The position numbers and the translations under genes were made by a program. DNA of 61,698 bases, counting the filler. It is 11 parts of 11 records of this genome, joined end to end, with 100 filler letters (N's around TTAATTAATTAA, not from the genome) between each part and the next. Parts side by side here need not be neighbours in the genome. Positions count along the whole stretch, not along the records: positions 20,915 to 25,520 come from SRR7504441_20378; positions 25,621 to 32,644 come from SRR7504441_20380; positions 32,745 to 36,628 come from SRR7504441_20381; 8 more parts are not named here. One strand, given 5' to 3'. Positions within the stretch are counted from its first letter, which is position 1. Each line of letters begins with the position of its first letter. The notes under the pieces are model-generated. The model was not told where the DNA came from and did not search any database. It was given only the letters and a program-made list of their open reading frames with translations. Below are positions 22,491 through 34,031 of this stretch, in pieces.

Positions 22491-23717
22491 CTAGCAGGTG
22501 CCCTTGCCGTATCCCATGCACGCGCTCGCCCGAACAGGAACTGCCGGCTGGGGCAGCCCCGCTCTATAGTACTGCCTAAGCACTCCCTCGGCTGGCTTCC
22601 ACTGCGGTGAGAGGAAGTCGTCGTGCGGGTTGTCGCCGTCGTCGCTGTTCCAGTTCCACCAGAACGCCCCGCGGAACCAGGCCTCCTGGCCCCGCATCGC
22701 CTCGAACAGCGCCTGGTACCGCAGCCTCTGAAGCTCGTAGTCAGCAGCGGTCGCATTATGCTGCCGGCTGCACATCCCGGAGCAATACCCGACCTCGGTG
22801 AACACCACCGGCTTGTTATGCCTCGCCGCCAGCTGGGCCAGCCAAGTGACGTACGGCCGCCACTGGGAGACGATATCTGGGAGGTTTGTGCCATTAAACA
22901 CAAAGTAAGCATCGACGCCAATTATATCGAGCGCATCCCACCAGCCGACACCGTCCACGCAGCCGCCGGGCAACTGGCCCGCCGGGATCCCGGCGCACTG
23001 CCCGTGCCCGCCGATGGTGCTTCCGTTGGCGAACTGAGCTGAGCCTGTGCAGCCCTGCGGCATTGCGGCCTCGGTGAGCTGTCCGCTGAACACCCGCCGC
23101 ACCGCAGCCACCACCCTCCGCCAGCGATCGGTCTGACGGTTGGCACAGTACAGCTCGGTGTTGACTGAGAGCATCCTTGCCCCTTCCTGCTCCCCGATCG
23201 TAGCATACTTGAGCAGCATCGTGGTATATGATTCGAACCACCCATCCCACTCCGCGTCTGTGAAGCCCGGGAAGCAGCCAATGTCGCCCCGCCAGTACCG
23301 CCCAGCCGGATGCTTATCGTACAGCAGATCCACATGCGGCTTTAGCATCACTTGCAGCCCTCGCCCGCGAGCCTGTCGGATCGTCCTGCGCAGCTGGTCC
23401 TCTCCGGCGGTTATAAACACGTAGTAGGCTGGCCGCTCGGTGTCGTTGCGCCGAGTGTGAATCGGGCGTATCTGGGTGCTGTCCACCCGGTCTTGGTACT
23501 CGGTAACCACCACACTGACCCAATTGGCGCCCGTGCTACGCAGGTGGCCGAGCGAGTGGTCGCTCTCCGGCCCGCCCAGGCTGCCGGTGCTGTTGGGGCA
23601 GTAGCGCTCGCCCGTGAAGGTGATTCCGCGGATGGGCCAGGCCGCCGGCAGCTCAGCCCGGCCCAACCCGGCCGCTGACACCAGCACGGCCAGCACAGCC
23701 CCCACCCGGCCATACAT
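22491..23717 (-). CDS. Secreted glycoside hydrolase family 113 (beta-mannanase-like), intronless
   Basis: Signal peptide; GANWVSV, VMLKPHVD, WRGDI, WFESY, SVNTEL, WWDALDIIGVDAYF, KPVVFTEVGY, GAFWWNW. Confidence 0.88.
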   Translation of the reverse strand: MYGRVGAVLAVLVSAAGLGRAELPAAWPIRGITFTGERYCPNSTGSLGGPESDHSLGHLRSTGANWVSVVVTEYQDRVDSTQIRPIHTRRNDTERPAYYVFITAGEDQLRRTIRQARGRGLQVMLKPHVDLLYDKHPAGRYWRGDIGCFPGFTDAEWDGWFESYTTMLLKYATIGEQEGARMLSVNTELYCANRQTDRWRRVVAAVRRVFSGQLTEAAMPQGCTGSAQFANGSTIGGHGQCAGIPAGQLPGGCVDGVGWWDALDIIGVDAYFVFNGTNLPDIVSQWRPYVTWLAQLAARHNKPVVFTEVGYCSGMCSRQHNATAADYELQRLRYQALFEAMRGQEAWFRGAFWWNWNSDDGDNPHDDFLSPQWKPAEGVLRQYYRAGLPQPAVPVRASACMGYGKGTC

Positions 23718-24055
23718 TGAGCTATATTCCGTTGCTGATCAGGCGTGTCCAAGCCTGTCTAAGGTCCTGCCAGTAGGGGGTCTGCACGTTTAATGTGTGA
23801 TAACGGGGGCTCTAGGAGCAATATGCAGTTACTCTTGCCGCACACTAACGTTTTACACTTGTACAATATACGGAGTAAAATAATACTTGCGACATTAGCA
23901 ATTGGGAGCTGACAAATGCACAGGGGCAGACCGAGGAGGCATGAATCGGAGCGGTGGCGACACAGTGGCTCGTGATCAACTAAACTAACAGACACAGGTA
24001 AAACACGAGAACGACCCGCGAGCCTGCACTGACACCAACATTACCGCAGCTCATG

Positions 24056-24533
24056 TTACATCGCCTTGGTATGCCGCCCAACCACCGCCAGCTCTCCGTC
24101 GCTGGCCCGGGTGATCTTGACCTCGGTGAATCCCAACCGCTTCCCCAGCTTGAGCACGGTGCCCTCCAGGGCCAGCACCTCACCCACTGGCGCAGGCCGC
24201 ACGAAGCTCAGATTAAGGTCTGTGCTCACCCCGAGCCGGGCCGGGTCCCGGGCCAGCAGCGCCAGCGAGCCGACCAGGTCCACCAGGCTGGCCGCCGCCC
24301 CGCCGTGCAGCGTCTGGTAGGCGTTGGCGACCCGGTCAGTCACTCTCAGCTCGCAGCGCACCCAGCCGGCATCGCTGTGCTCCCGGAGCTGCAGCCCGGC
24401 CAGGCAGGCGTCGAACCGGCCGGGCACGTGCGGGAACGGCTTGCCCTCCAGCGCGGCCAGACCGCCGCCCGCGCGCACTGCCTCGATGAACGGGACGCTG
24501 CACAGCCCCCGCGAGACCCTCTCGCGGCAGCAT
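24056..24533 (-). CDS. PaaI/ACOT13-like hotdog-fold acyl-CoA thioesterase (start uncertain)
   Basis: NAYQTLHGGAAASLVD...GVSTDLNLSFVRPA...LKLGKRLGFTEV...GRHTK. Confidence 0.9.
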
Positions 24534-24563
24534 TGCCGTTGGACGCCGTTATCTATCTGCTGA

Positions 24564-25396
24564 ATGGTGGGGGAGGGGCCGCCGCCCGGTGGGTTGGGCG
24601 AGCTGCGGCGGGACTTGGACCGGTGCTCGGCCAGCTCCCGGGGCTGCCTAGCTGGGACAGGCTGCGCGATCGCATCGGTAAGTACCATAGGTACACGAAT
24701 ATAGTGATCACTCAGGACATCGTCGACGTCTTCGCCCACTGGATAGACCGCCAGCATGGTGCCCCCTCCCCCGGGCCCGGGCGAGCCCCGCCGCAGGCCA
24801 GGTACAGAGCCATCTCCGCCGACACGGCAGCGACTGCCCAGAAGCCGACGAGGTGCGCCGGCTGGGGCGGGCCGGGGCGAACCGGTGGCAGCTGACGGGC
24901 CGGATGGCCCACCTGACGGCGGTGCTGGCGGAGCTGCAGCAGAAGGTGTCCGAGCTGCCGCCCGACGTGCACAGCTTGTCGCCCGACCGGTCGCCGTCGG
25001 TTCGGACGTCTCTAGTGGCAGAGCAGCAGCGACGGCTCGACAGCGAGCGCCGGAGGAGGGATGAGGCGGAGTGTAGGCTGGCGGCCGAGCAGGAGAGCCG
25101 GTGGGCTGGGCCAGGCGAGGCCGGGCCGAGGGGGGGGCAGGGCGGAGTTAGCGGAGGAGTTGCATCGAGCTGAGGCCAAGCTTAGGGATCGGCAGCTGCA
25201 AATTGAGAGGCAGCGGATGCAGCTGAAGAGCGCGGGGACGGAGAAACTGCCCGGGGAAGAGCGGCTGCACGTGGTGCCCGAGCGGAGGGCGAGCATGCGG
25301 GCCAGTCGGCGGTGGGAGAGGGGCACGTCGTGCTGCGAGTACAGGCGGCAGGACGAGCCGGAGAGAAGTAGCAACTTTCGGTGCACAGTGAGCTGA
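24564..25396 (+). CDS. Coiled-coil hypothetical protein, 4 introns
   Basis: Four ~38-nt GT-AG introns join LRRDLDR|LRDRIGKYHRY...|LTGRMAHLTAVLAELQQKV...|AELAEELHRAEAKL. Confidence 0.6.
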
Positions 25397-25520
25397 GCCA
25401 AGTGCTATAGAGCATGCACATACTATATAAACATACTACATACATCTATATACCTACAGTATACGTAGCTACGCGCCCAAGCAGTTAGTTAGCTGGTCGA
25501 TTTCGGCGTCGATTGCCCTT

Positions 25521-25620
25521 NNNNNNNNNNNNNNNNNNNNNNNNNNNNNNNNNNNNNNNNNNNNTTAATTAATTAANNNNNNNNNNNNNNNNNNNNNNNN
25601 NNNNNNNNNNNNNNNNNNNN
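25521..25620. other. Artificial contig linker
   Basis: N-TTAATTAATTAA-N. Confidence 0.99.
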
Positions 25621-26191
25621 GAGTGGGAATTCACCTGGTTCTTGTTCGTCTCTCTTGTTAACATTTTGAGACCTAAAAACCTCCAGTGCGATGCGCATGG
25701 GTATCCGCGCAAGCCAAGCCAAAGCCGAGCGGACATCGGCCCCTTTGGCTGTCGATGTGATGCCTCTGAGTTACACCCAAGCATCCTCACCACGCCCTGG
25801 TGTAGTCGATCCTCTGGCCGGATCAACGCTCCTGAATACCGCACAACTCGGGTTTTAATTAAATAGGTTTACTTTAATACTAATTCTACGCTAGCGCTCC
25901 TCATAGGGGCATGCGTATACGGGCTCCAACGATCTTCTGTCTGCTCCAGCATGGCTACTAGGCGTTACCTAGCTTCGAATACCCTGCGGGAGTGACCTGC
26001 GGGAGTGAAAGCGCGCCTAGTCTCCTAGTTTTACCACCACAGGCGCGGGCAGCTTGTTGATCCCCGGGTGGGGCGGCATTTCAAAACAACGGACCTCAAC
26101 TACGTAGATGATACATAGATGATGAGTTTTTTTCATTGCAAAAGGGATGGAGCGTTGCTTCTAGCGCTAACTCAGTTCGCTCAGTTGGTTA

Positions 26192-27960
26192 TCAGTTGGT
26201 ATCCTTCTTGGACAGCTGCTGTCGTACCGAAAAAAAAAACATCGTCTGCCACAACTTATTCGAACAACAGCTAAAGAATGTGTGAACCTGGCGCATCCGC
26301 TCCTTGAGTGCGTTGCAAAACCGATTGAGAATCTTCTTCTCGCTTAGTCGCAGCTGAATTGCATCCTGCCCCACCGATCAATCTGACCGCAGGCAGCAGC
26401 GCGTGCCCGCTTGCGTCCGGCTGGGCATTGCTCGAGCAGTCGCTCGTCCTCTACCTGCGTGGTGCTGTTCCGACTGAGCAGCCCTGCTGCCCAGTCAGGC
26501 CTGCCGCCCGCGCCCGCACCCTGTGCTAGCCGGAGCAGCGACTTGAGCGCCCGGCTCTCGTTCTTGAGACTGAACGGCTTGCTTGCCGGTCGGCCGGCCA
26601 GCTGCTCGCTGTTCTCTAGGTGCGCTATCCGCATGAACGCGAGCAGCTGGTCTGGGAGCAGCTGAGCCAGCGAGATCGCACTGTGCAGTACAGGCTGCCA
26701 GCTGTCAGCGCAGTGGCTGCTCGGGACTCGCCTGCAAGCGCTGCTCGTTCAGCAGTCGCGCCCGGGTCTGGGCCAGCTCAGGACTGGCCGGATCGGGCTG
26801 CTTGACACACAGAACCACCGCATCATGACGGTTATCTGGCAGTGCGAAGCCGTAATTGAGCAGCAGGTGCGCGTTGGGCTTTGAGCCGTAACAGTCAAAC
26901 ACCTGCTCCGGACTCGCCTGCTCCCGGCAGCCGGCCACCTGCTCGCCCTGGGCATAGTCTTGCCCAGCGCTCAGCCGCACTCGCTGGCTGTCGTAGTCGA
27001 CCTGCGCGCGGCTGCTGGCAAGACAGCCGCCCGGCAGCACCGTGAGCCCGGTCTGCCGGTCCTGGTGGTTGACTAGATCTAGGTACGGGATCATCAGGCA
27101 GCAGCTGCCCCCCGGCTGGCCGGCCGCCCCCAGCGGGAGCTACCCTCCGGCCGGGCCGAGTTCAGCTGACGGCTCGGGCAGCTCCAGATAGAACGACCTG
27201 CCCAGCCTGCTGCCGGACCCCAGCCGCCCCACCGCGACCAGACCATCCCGAGCGCCCATTCGAACAGCCCTAGCAGCCCAACTGCGCCGGCCGCTCCAGC
27301 CATCGGCTCCAGCTGCGCCTTCAGCAGATCAAAGTCGCATCGCACCTGCCCCGGTCGGCACTCCGCCGCAGCCGAGCCACCTTGCGCCGCCGCCCCTCCG
27401 AGTCCTGCCGCCGGTCAGCCCGGCCACGGCGCCCGCTCACCGCGCGCAGCTGCGAGGCGTCCAGCTCGGCCAGTTCGGCGGCCGACCAGAAGTATGTGCT
27501 ATTCAGCTCTGCGCCCGAACATCGGACGGGTCGCGCCGGGGCTCGGACCTGCTGCGCTCGGGAGCTGGTTTATCCAACCGGCCCAGTCCGAGCGGTCCCC
27601 GAGCCCGCGCTGTCCGAGCAGCCACCCGGCCAGCTGGAGTACCTGCCGCCCGCTCGGCCGTGATCAGGCCCGGCGCACCTCCGGCTGAAGCGAGAGCCCG
27701 TCCGGCAGCCACAGACGGCCCCGGGCCGAGCTGACAACCAACTTGAACGGCACTGCCAGCACTTGAGACCCAGCCCGCACCGGGCCGGCCGCCATGAGCC
27801 CCCGGCCAGTGCAGCTGAAATCGGCAGGGCTGGCGAGGCCCGGCTCCCCTCCAGCCTCCTCAAACCACTGTTTCAGGCTACCTGCTGGCAGGCGCTCCGA
27901 CCGCTCGCCCCGGAGCGACCGCTGCAGCGCCGCGGCCTCCGCCTCGGCCTCCTCAAGCAT
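26192..27960 (-). CDS. SET-domain protein methyltransferase (Rubisco-LSMT/SETD3 class), intron-rich; start uncertain
   Basis: TGRGLMA, FEWALGMVWSR, MIPYLDLVNH, VFDCYGSKPNAHLLLNYGF, TTQVEDERLL, AIQLRLSEKKIL. Confidence 0.9.
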
Positions 27961-28044
27961 GAAAGCCGCGCCGAGGTTGTCGTTAAACTCGGCCTCCTCG
28001 CATGATCCGTCAGGCGTCTCTCTCCAAAATTGAGCTGCTGTACC

Positions 28045-28072
28045 TAACTACCTGGTACGTACCAGGTAGTTA
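28045..28072. promoter_or_regulatory. Perfect 28-bp palindrome containing TACCWGGTA
   Basis: TAACTACCTGGTAC|GTACCAGGTAGTTA upstream of the SET gene; regulatory role is inferred. Confidence 0.4.
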
Positions 28073-28269
28073 CTTTGCTTAGCTTTACTCGTATACTGTA
28101 ATAGAATAGGCATCCTTGTTGCTGATTGCTCATGGTTAGCTCATGGTCACATTCGCCACACTCCTCTGATCTCCCCACGCTCCCGTCTATATAAATTATT
28201 CACACTTGGAACTATCGCTTTGCTATGGAATAAATCATATCGCTGTTTTATTACTTAACGTTGTAGGCA

Positions 28270-28809
28270 TTATTCATTTCTAGAGGCCGCACTGTGTCTC
28301 ATTTGCAGAATTTCTACCCGCCTCCATAACTCTGGCTGCAACGTCGATTGAATCCCACGCTCTTTCTCGTTGGCTAGTATCACGTCACGGTAGCACAACA
28401 GAACCTCCATCTCCCCATCTAACCGGTCCCTCGCGAGCGCCTCCTCCACGGCCTCTTCCAGTCCGGCCAGCCCGTTTACCTCCCGGTCCGAGCCTGGCAG
28501 CCGCAGCCTGAAGTCTCCCTTCTTGCACCGGGCGAGCGGGAGTGAACCAATGCAAGCCACAGCAAAAAGCGAGTTGTAGACCAGCAAACGACGATAGACC
28601 CCGGGATAGGCGTGATTTACATATATAAAGGCTTGACCTCTGTTGATAGCCGCGCTTGACGAATGTACTGTACATATACATGTACGCACTTGCCATCCAT
28701 TGGTCTCATACCGGCGGTACCGGACTTCAAGACTCCAGCTCGCTCCTGGCGACCCGGTGGATTTAACAATTAACCCGTCGCCTTCATGAACAGAATCGAC
28801 CAAACGCAA
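28270..28809 (-). CDS. Hypothetical protein or fragment
   Basis: 179-codon ORF with protein-like C-terminal half; TTG start, structure unresolved. Confidence 0.35.
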   Translation of the reverse strand: MRLVDSVHEGDGLIVKSTGSPGASWSLEVRYRRYETNGWQVRTCICTVHSSSAAINRGQAFIYVNHAYPGVYRRLLVYNSLFAVACIGSLPLARCKKGDFRLRLPGSDREVNGLAGLEEAVEEALARDRLDGEMEVLLCYRDVILANEKERGIQSTLQPELWRRVEILQMRHSAASRNE

Positions 28810-28962
28810 GTAATGACGTATTTTTAAGTATGATAATTGGTTTCTTTAATTTACACCGAGTAGAAGAGTAATCGAGAATACGTAAGATAGTCGGCAAATG
28901 CAATAATCGACGAAAGCCTGGGTTGCAAGCAAAGTCGGCAAAGTCCTTGGCCAGCCCACATT

Positions 28963-30105
28963 TTACATCTCGTAGCGGTTGACAGCCTGTACCGCCAGTC
29001 AGTAACGTCCCAAGGCGAGGAAAATGTCACCTTCTCCTTCATGCTATCTTCGTGTACTAAGTATCCGATTTTGATGTTATCGGCTAGTTGCAGGGTCTGG
29101 CGTATCGTTTGGCCGACCCGGCTGCACAGGCGCTCGTGAGCGGGCCGGCCTCTGGCGCCGGCTCACCGGACTGCATCTTCGTTGTTGGCGTTCCTGGTCC
29201 AGATCGCAATCTTGCTCTGGCTCTTCCTTAAGCTCGCGACTGCACCACAAATCTGGGGCCAGAGACTGAGCCAGTCGAGCCCGGCTGCTGGGAACCTCGT
29301 CGGTATCCTCAAAGCTCTCACCGATCAGCGCGAGCAGAATGTGAAGCCAGTACTCGTCTATTACCTCCCGACGGCCCTGCGTCGCAGTCAGCCTACTGAG
29401 GCTGGCGGCCGGGCGTGCCTTGGGGAACACGACCACCCACTTGCCGCCGTGCCTATTGTTCTCGTCCTCCCACATAGGGTTAATGTGGTCGGTGAATAAA
29501 TGGTAGTTGCTCCCTGCAGACACTCTGAGCACACAGCGCGACAGAGGTGGGACGCCCACCGTTCTGAAGACGGCTTGGAGGCATAATGTTGTTGAAGGTG
29601 CACCAGAACTCCTCGACAGTGTTGAAGGTGATGATCCTCTTAATGTTCTCGAACCAGTTCTTCGGGTTCGACCGGCCGCCTGCCGCAAGCTGTGACAGGC
29701 AGGCTGGCTGGCCGCTCGCCTGGGTTGTCGTACCACATGGTCCAGGCCCGTTGCAGCGGGTGGAGCGAAGAGAATTCGGGGCTGGCCGTCTCGCCCGGGG
29801 CTGCCTCACTGGGCGCCGCTTCGACCGCTGCGGCCGGCTCCTCGGCCGCGGGCTCGGCAGCAGCTTCGTCGGCCGCGGGCTCTTCGACTGCGGCAGGCTC
29901 CTCCGCAGCCTCTGCGGCCGGGGCTTCGGCCTCTGTAACCGGGGTTGTCAGCCGGCGGCGGGGCGGAATGGCAGTGTAACAGCACGGGGCACGGGCACAG
30001 CAAGAGGGGCATGAACCGACCTTCGGCCGGTGCGTCTTGTGGCTCCGCGCAAGCGGTCTGATCCGCTGGGGGCGCCGCGGCGGGCTCCTCGATCGAATCA
30101 GACAT
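28963..30105 (-). CDS. eIF4E: Translation initiation factor eIF4E, spliced
   Basis: WTMWYD, FNTVEEFW, NYHLF...INPMWEDENN.HGGKW, W...LLALIGE, ICGAV...KIAIWT, C-terminal AVNRYEM*. Confidence 0.96.
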
Positions 30106-30255
30106 GCTCGGGAACTAGACTCGAGCCGCTACGAGCTTCTGGTGTACCGGGCTGGGTGGTGGTGAGACTGTGCCGGGCTTCCGCGTTGCCACGAGCGTTG
30201 CGATGCCGTTGCTTCAACGGATCGACTCAGCAACACGGGGTATCCGACTGGCGGA

Positions 30256-32338
30256 ATGATCGGGCTGGCGCGGCTTGTGGGGCTGCTTGCGGGGCTGGCT
30301 GGCTGCCTTGGAGGGCTGCCGGTCCCGTCGGCGGCGCAGCTGAGCTACCAGGAGCTCGAGCTCGGGATGATCTTCCAGTTCAACATCGGCGAGTTCGGCC
30401 AGTCCGCCAACAACTACGTGCTAGCCCCCGGCCGCCCGGCCCAGCCCCCGGCCAGGCCTGTGTGCACGGACCGGTCCCCGCCAGCCAGTTCGCGCCGGGG
30501 CTGATCGACACCGACAGCTGGATGGCCGCGGCCGCCGGGCTGGGCGCCCGGTACGCCATGCTCACAGTGCAGGCCGGCTGCGGGTGCGGCCAGCAGCTGC
30601 GCCGTCGGGCCAGCCGGGGGCAGTTTCCTGCTCTGGCCGTCGGCGGAGCGGCTGCCGGGCGGGGGGGTGTACAACTACACTGTCCGTGAGAGCGGCTACC
30701 CGGGCACCGACCTCGTCGGCCAGTTCGTTGCCTCGTGCCGCAAGGCTGGGCTGAAGCCGGGTGCGCCCCCGGGCGGCAGGCCGGCTGAGCTGGCTCCAGC
30801 GCTCTACTACATAGTCAACAGCAACGTGTTCTGCGGCGTGTCCGGCGGCAAGGTGGGCTGGGCGCGCTGGCCACCTCAGCCGGCCGCAGGTGCAGCCCGG
30901 GAGCCTGTGCGGCAACCAGTCCGAGTACGAACTGCTGGTGCTCCGTCAGCTGGCAGAGATCTGGACCAAGTGGCTGCCCGGCCGATCGGCGCTCACCCGG
31001 CCGCAGCTACGGCAACCTGACCGAGCTTTGGTTTGATGGCGGCGTGCTCGGCAGTCGTCGGTGCCACGGCCACTGGCCGGGCTCAGAGCACTCAGGTTTG
31101 CTGACGGGCTGACCGAGCAGATCGGCCGGCTGCAGCCCGATGCCGTCTCGTTCCAGGTGGATGCCGGCCGTCGGGGGTTGACCGGTACCAGGGCCCTTCG
31201 CTCACCGGGACGAACAACCTCCGGTGGGCCGGATCCGAGTCGGGCCAGGCCGCGCCGGACACCTGGTGCACGGCCAACTCATCCACCGCCTACGGGCCCG
31301 GCTCGCCGGACGGGCCGGTCTGGGCGCCGGCTGAGTGCGACTTGACACTCCAGGCGAGCGGGCAGTGGTACTATGTGCCGGGGAGCCCTGTCCGATCGGC
31401 TGGTGAGCTCGAGCGAGTGTACGAGCAGAGCGTCGGGCGCAACTGCAACATGCTGCTCGGCGGGTGCCCCCCCGCTCGGTCCGGCTGAGCCTGGGCAGCC
31501 ACCCGGACTTTGGAGGCCACATCCCGCTGGAGCACCAGGCGGCGTACAAGCAGCTCGGCCAGTGGATCAGACAGGTGCGGCCCTCCGGCGGCGACCCGGA
31601 CCTGCGGGGCAGTGCTACGGGCAGCCGGCGCTCAACAGCACCGGCGGGGTGGTCGGGGTGCCGGGCTCGCTGCTGCTCGAGCTCCCAGACGGCTCCGCGA
31701 CCCGAGTGGTGCTCCAGGAGGGGCTCGCAGCCGGCCAGAAGGCACCCAATGGCACCGGCCGAGCCGAGCGCGAGCCAGGTGCGCCAGTGGAGCCTCGAGT
31801 ACCTGTCGGCGGGCCAGCAGTGGCTGCCGGTGCAGGCCGGGCAGGCGGCTGGTCGGGGCGGCCAAAGCTGATGGCTGGGCTCAGTCGATCGGGCACAAGA
31901 GGATCGTGCAGCTGAGCGCAGCCACCCGGTGACACAAGGCGCGAGCTAGCCAGGCCTGACCGGATGGGCAGCCGGCTCCGGCTCAACATAACGGAAGCAG
32001 TCGGTCAGACGGCTCAGGTTAGGACGCTGGCTGCATTCAGCTGCAGTGGGAGTGGGCCGCCGCCGCCACCTTCAGAGCATTGCCTGACCAAACCGGATCA
32101 AATCTACCTGGGTAACTTGGCTGCGAGCACCCGCAATAGTTCGGAGAAGCTCTGCTGCCAGGCAAATCTGACCACCACAATCATCGGGCTAACAGTGGTT
32201 TCTTAGGCGTGTTACACGCGGACTGACTGTGTCGCTTTCAATTATCTATCCAACCAGACGTGCCAATTGCTGAGTACGGAAGGTGGCGCAGTCAAGCAAA
32301 CAGGAGCCATCTGCGGCTCGCCCAAGCACTACATTTAG
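30256..32338 (+). CDS. Secreted GH29 alpha-L-fucosidase-like enzyme with C-terminal PAN/apple-like module, 13 introns
   Basis: PSAAQLSYQ, IDTDSW, GFLLWPS, FVASCRKAG, YGNLTELWFDGG, RWAGSESG, WAPAECD, SVGRNCNMLL, SIGHKRI; CCQACY..DCVAFNY...TCQL. Confidence 0.92.
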
Positions 32339-32644
32339 GTAGATATTCCGAGAGTTTGTCCTCTGTCATTCTTGTCATTCTGACGATTGCTCACGTTGCT
32401 CAAGACGTGCTTCACCAACGTATACGAGTATGAAAGTCATGAATTGTCAATACACTTACATGTACAAACCTACTTGTACGAGAGGCGCAAATACTAATTT
32501 CAGGGTAGCCAAGTGATGACAATTAATAGTTGACCGTCAACCAGTTTTATGAATACTTTACAAGCTAAGTCGATGATCGGCAACTCAGTGGTCGTCTTGA
32601 GCACGGGATGGTGCGCTTGGTGGGGGGCAGAGTGCTTAGTACTC

Positions 32645-32744
32645 NNNNNNNNNNNNNNNNNNNNNNNNNNNNNNNNNNNNNNNNNNNNTTAATTAATTAA
32701 NNNNNNNNNNNNNNNNNNNNNNNNNNNNNNNNNNNNNNNNNNNN
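32645..32744. other. Artificial contig linker
   Basis: N-TTAATTAATTAA-N. Confidence 0.99.
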
Positions 32745-32836
32745 CAATGCCGGTGCCCTCCCTACCTAGCCCAGCCGGTCCACGATGTGCCTGCTAGGCC
32801 GCCGCCTGCTTACCGTCGGGTCAGGCCCGGTCCGCC

Positions 32837-33450
32837 ATGATCATCTCGTTCGCCCTCCTCGCGCTCCTCACCGGGTCCTGCCGAGCGGATCCTGCCGTTT
32901 CCGTCTCGGCTGCTGACGTCTCGCCACGGTACCACTCCCTGTCTCGGAGGCTTCGCTTGACCTGGCATGACAGCAATGGCGAGATGGGCCCGGGACCCCT
33001 TGTCTCCGACCGAGTGGTCCCGGAGACTGCGTCTGCCAGCATGCCGAGCAACACGCGGGTGAGCTGCTCGGTCGCCCGGGCAAGAGGCAGCCCGGCGCGC
33101 AGGTGGCTGGGTCGCTGGTCAGCACTGAGACATCCGCTGTATACCCCGAGGCCAAACCGCGTGTGATGGAGTTGGTTCAGAAGCTTAAGGACATTGGGGA
33201 CGCCGACTGCAACGTTCCTAAGAAATGCAAGGGCGCCGACTGCAAGGAGAGCTTGGAAGAGATCTTTACGTCATTCACCAAAGGGAACGGACACTTGACC
33301 GGCTTCATCGCGGTCGAGAATTTGTATTACGCAGGGCAGCTTAGAACGGGTGGGATCTCAGCCAAGGATTGGGAAAAGGCAGGGATGAAAAGAGGTGGCA
33401 AGATCAAGTATCCCGAGTATGCTAATTTCCTGTGTGGCCTCGAATGGTAG
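32837..33450 (+). CDS. Small secreted hypothetical protein with degenerate EF-hand-like C-terminus, spliced
   Basis: Signal peptide MIISFALLALL; terminal exon ...LEEIFTSFTKGNG...GGKIKYPEYANFLC. Confidence 0.55.
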
Positions 33451-34031
33451 TGATGCATTTGAGTATGTTTTGTGAGTCACGTTGTTGGCACGAGTTTGGA
33501 CTCTCTTGCTATCAGTTCGAGCATGCAGCAGTACGCGCGGATTAGATTCCAACTAGGTCAACTTCGTACATTGCTTGCGGAATGCGAGCATTAACGAGCA
33601 TATCTACACTCGCATTACAAGATTTCATGTACATGAATTGCGAGCCGTGTCATGTCAAACACCGCGGCCGGAACGTGTCGAAACTATGTCGAAACCCGCC
33701 GACTACAATACCCGCTAAATACCCGCCGACGACAATAACACTTAGTATAACTATTGATCATTGCTGAAAACCCCGACTCGCACTAGTACGAGTACACTTG
33801 TAGTTCTTTTGTATACTGATTTCATTCATTGAATACGTCTTCTATATCTAGCGATCGAAGATAAATTCGATCACAAAGGTGCCATCAAGATTGGTCATTC
33901 GGATTACAGTTCAATGGCACAACATCCAGTATAACTCGTAAGATCATGTGGATCTTGTAATGTCGTATGGTCTCGTATGGTCTCGATTTTTCTCACCTCG
34001 GCTTGGAAGTCGGCTCTGCTAAGTGGGCTCT

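Noticed and set aside
25891-26168. hAT-like MITE bounded by CTAGCGCT direct repeats, or an ncRNA
   Set aside because: No convincing terminal inverted repeats, no second copy, and no recognisable snRNA/tRNA motifs
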